Source: Raillietiella orientalis (taxonomy: Eukaryota). From it: a DNA stretch of 64,000 nt. The notes under the pieces are model-generated. The model had not been told where the DNA came from and made no database searches. It worked only from the letters and a program-made list of their open reading frames with translations. This document shows positions 61,601 through 64,000 of this stretch, piece after piece (within the stretch, counting starts at the first letter, position 1; each line of letters opens with the position of its first letter). A program made the position numbers and the translations under genes. The stretch spans positions 3,906,001 through 3,970,000 of the forward strand of contig JAYWIR010000015.1 of assembly GCA_036172245.1 (NCBI GenBank), in the 5' to 3' direction.

Positions 61601-64000
61601 CTCCAGCAACGAGCATAATTAGAGCGAAATGCTCCAAGAACATCGCCTTGGATCGTCCGTCGTCAGCGTAACCACCTGCCGAAGCCAACGCCCGCGTTGG
61701 GCCAAGCTGGGCTGGCTGTGCACGAGGAAAGATCGAGTCCCCGGTTGTGAGCCGGCTGCTCACTTAGCGAGCAGGCGTGCAGGGACTCAGGCAGCCGGTA
61801 GTTTGCTACTTGAACTCTGGGACCAGTCTTCGGAATCGGAGCCGTCGCTGCATTCGTTGCTGCTCCAGGAGGCCAAGTCCATCGACCGCCCCGACGAGAA
61901 GCCGTTAGTTCTTCCAAGCGAGCACGAGGGCTCCCTGTACCCTGAAGGGTTTTCCGTAGGATGGCAATCCTGATATGTGGGTTGCACCAAGTGATAAGCT
62001 AGCAGCCTGATAAGGACAAAGCTTCATTTTACCTCCTTTCACCACAAAGCCAAAGATCTCTGCGCATTCTTATATTTGCGGATCGCTCATATGACTGCGG
62101 ACGACCTCAGCGTCCGCAGTTAGAAGAACAAGGGTCACAGTATTCGCAATCATATTGTGGTATGGTATAGTGTGCTTCGCTGGTCGTTGCCGTGGGAACG
62201 TTCCGACTGTTGATAGGCTGTGCTTGCTAGCGTGCGATTGCTGATGAAGGGCATCGAAAATTAATCTCCAAGGATGAAGTGGCTTCCCTTGTCTCGTATG
62301 AAATTGCGTTGACAACTTGGAAAAACTGTCCTAATGGTTTACGGAGGATTACACTCAGTAGGCCTTCTGGAATTTTCTTTGTATATCAGGCGAGCCCCTA
62401 TTGACGGTGGTTCACCGTTTCTTAATGTGAATCCTACTGGCTACGTGGTTCTGAAGAAATCTGCCTGCAAATGTGAGAGAAAATGATGACGCGATTGCAG
62501 CAGAAGGGGTTGCCAAGAAAGCGATGCTGGAAAGCGGCCAGGGGAGAGCTATCAAAGAAAACAAGGCGAGTTCATGGGATGGAAAAGGGGCTTTTGGAGA
62601 GGTTGAAGAAAGAATAAACTTCTCGTAGGATGTTTCTCTAATGTACCGGAAGGATCACTTCATTTGTGTGCCAAAGGCAACTCGGTAGCAGCGTAGGAAT
62701 CTGCAGGGAATTCTGATTAGGCTCTTGCTAACAAAGGTAAACCCAAAGGTATACTGAAGCTGTCAAAAATAGCACCATCGACACAGATGTTGAAGTGCAC
62801 TCTTCTGAAGAGTTCGTCTTGGTGACAACGGTAACCACTCGACGGGTTGCTTAAAGAAACGCTACGAATATAATAAACAATTCAAGCCATTAAGGTCCCG
62901 CGTCTCAAAGATGGTAGCAAAGGTACGAATACAGGTGAAATCACCATAAAGCTGAACAAAATCGGGTTGCTTGGGAAGAATGAGATGCGAGGAAGCTTTT
63001 TCCCCTCATTCACACGTACCGAATAAAGTCTCATCCACTGCGGACTACACCTTCGGCAGGTAGCCATGCTGGCCAAGAAGAGCGGATGGACCTCGTGCCA
63101 CCCGCGGACGGTAGCGCCTGGTTGCCGGAAACCGTTTTGCACGTTGGCGAGGATGCAGGAGCCAAGCGCGGAACAGGTGCGACGTTTCCTGTACGCGCGT
63201 AACAACAACTGCATGATCGGGAGATCCTGGAAGATCCCGTGAAGAGTGCATGGGCAAGCAGGACCTCCCTTGCCACCCTTGCCTCCCTGTGCTCCCTCAG
63301 GGAACACATGGACAGTAGCCTTACGGCTAGATAAGAGGTTCCTGTGGAAATCTCCGGAAGGGAGGAAAGGACTGGGCGAGTGGGCGACGGGCCAGCTCAC
63401 CGACGCTGCGACCCCGATTGCTCGACCTCCTGGACTTTTGCGCTGAAGCGTGCTACTGGGTATTCCGGAAAAAGACCTGCAGTGATCTGCAATGCTCACG
63501 AACACCCGCATCCTTCCCTCGAAGTGGCAGAAGTCGGCGTTGATGCTGCTGCACTGGGGCTTCCTGTGCAACGCTCACCGGAATCATTAGACACGGGGGT
63601 GAGGTGCAAGGTGTCCAAACTGTGCAAGGTGCGGAGAGCGGGAATCCATCCCGCACCTTCTAATGGACTGTATTGTCCTCCGACCCCTTTGGAAATGCTT
63701 GCCGCGACCTTTGGAATCCACGGCGGCAACGCCAGAGACGTTGGACAGCGCCTGTTCCAGCGCGACTCCCTCACGCCGGCCGCATCCCTAGCAGCACTTT
63801 GGTGCCCACACGGCGGGATCGTGGCTGCATGGAGCAACTCCCGAGGAGGCCAGTACGACAGGGATACCACCTATTTTGCTGTCCTCTTCATAAGGATGGC
63901 GTCAAGATGGCCCCATCTGGGAGTCTTGGAACAGGAACTTGCCGGCATCCTTACAAGGATGCAGAAGACACCCTCCCGCACACAGGGATCCTTTCCCGAA

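Noticed and set aside
1..64000. CRISPR arrays, operons, rRNA/tRNA genes, intact transposase or reverse transcriptase
   Set aside because: No regularly spaced repeats or diagnostic motifs seen; the window contains spliceosomal-intron eukaryotic genes.

Overview
Eukaryotic genomic DNA, most likely from an arthropod with very short introns (the species cannot be determined from the sequence). Four spliced genes were reconstructed by hand with GT-AG junctions and consistent reading frames: WDR12/Ytm1 (minus, 3825-7507, 9 exons, 419 aa); a 207-aa Ser/Thr-rich protein resembling p33MONOX/KIAA1191 (plus, 22520-23821); a Cadherin-87A-like gene with 14 cadherin repeats (minus, 29130-47997, 24 exons, ~1655 aa); and LARP7 (plus, 53520-56288, 7 exons, 455 aa). 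The window alternates between AT-rich, CpG-poor housekeeping gene bodies and GC/CpG-rich blocks (~28.4-48.7 kb and ~57-62 kb). Much of the intergenic and intronic DNA looks like decayed protein-coding sequence, including at least three apparently related copies of an unidentified large ORF family. The best leads are the cadherin's apparent lack of transmembrane and cytoplasmic exons, the unknown decayed family, promoter-like motif clusters and an inverted repeat around the largest cadherin intron, and a tandem hairpin cluster at ~13.1 kb. I found no CRISPR array, rRNA, tRNA or intact transposase, and I cannot demonstrate a new biological system from the sequence alone.
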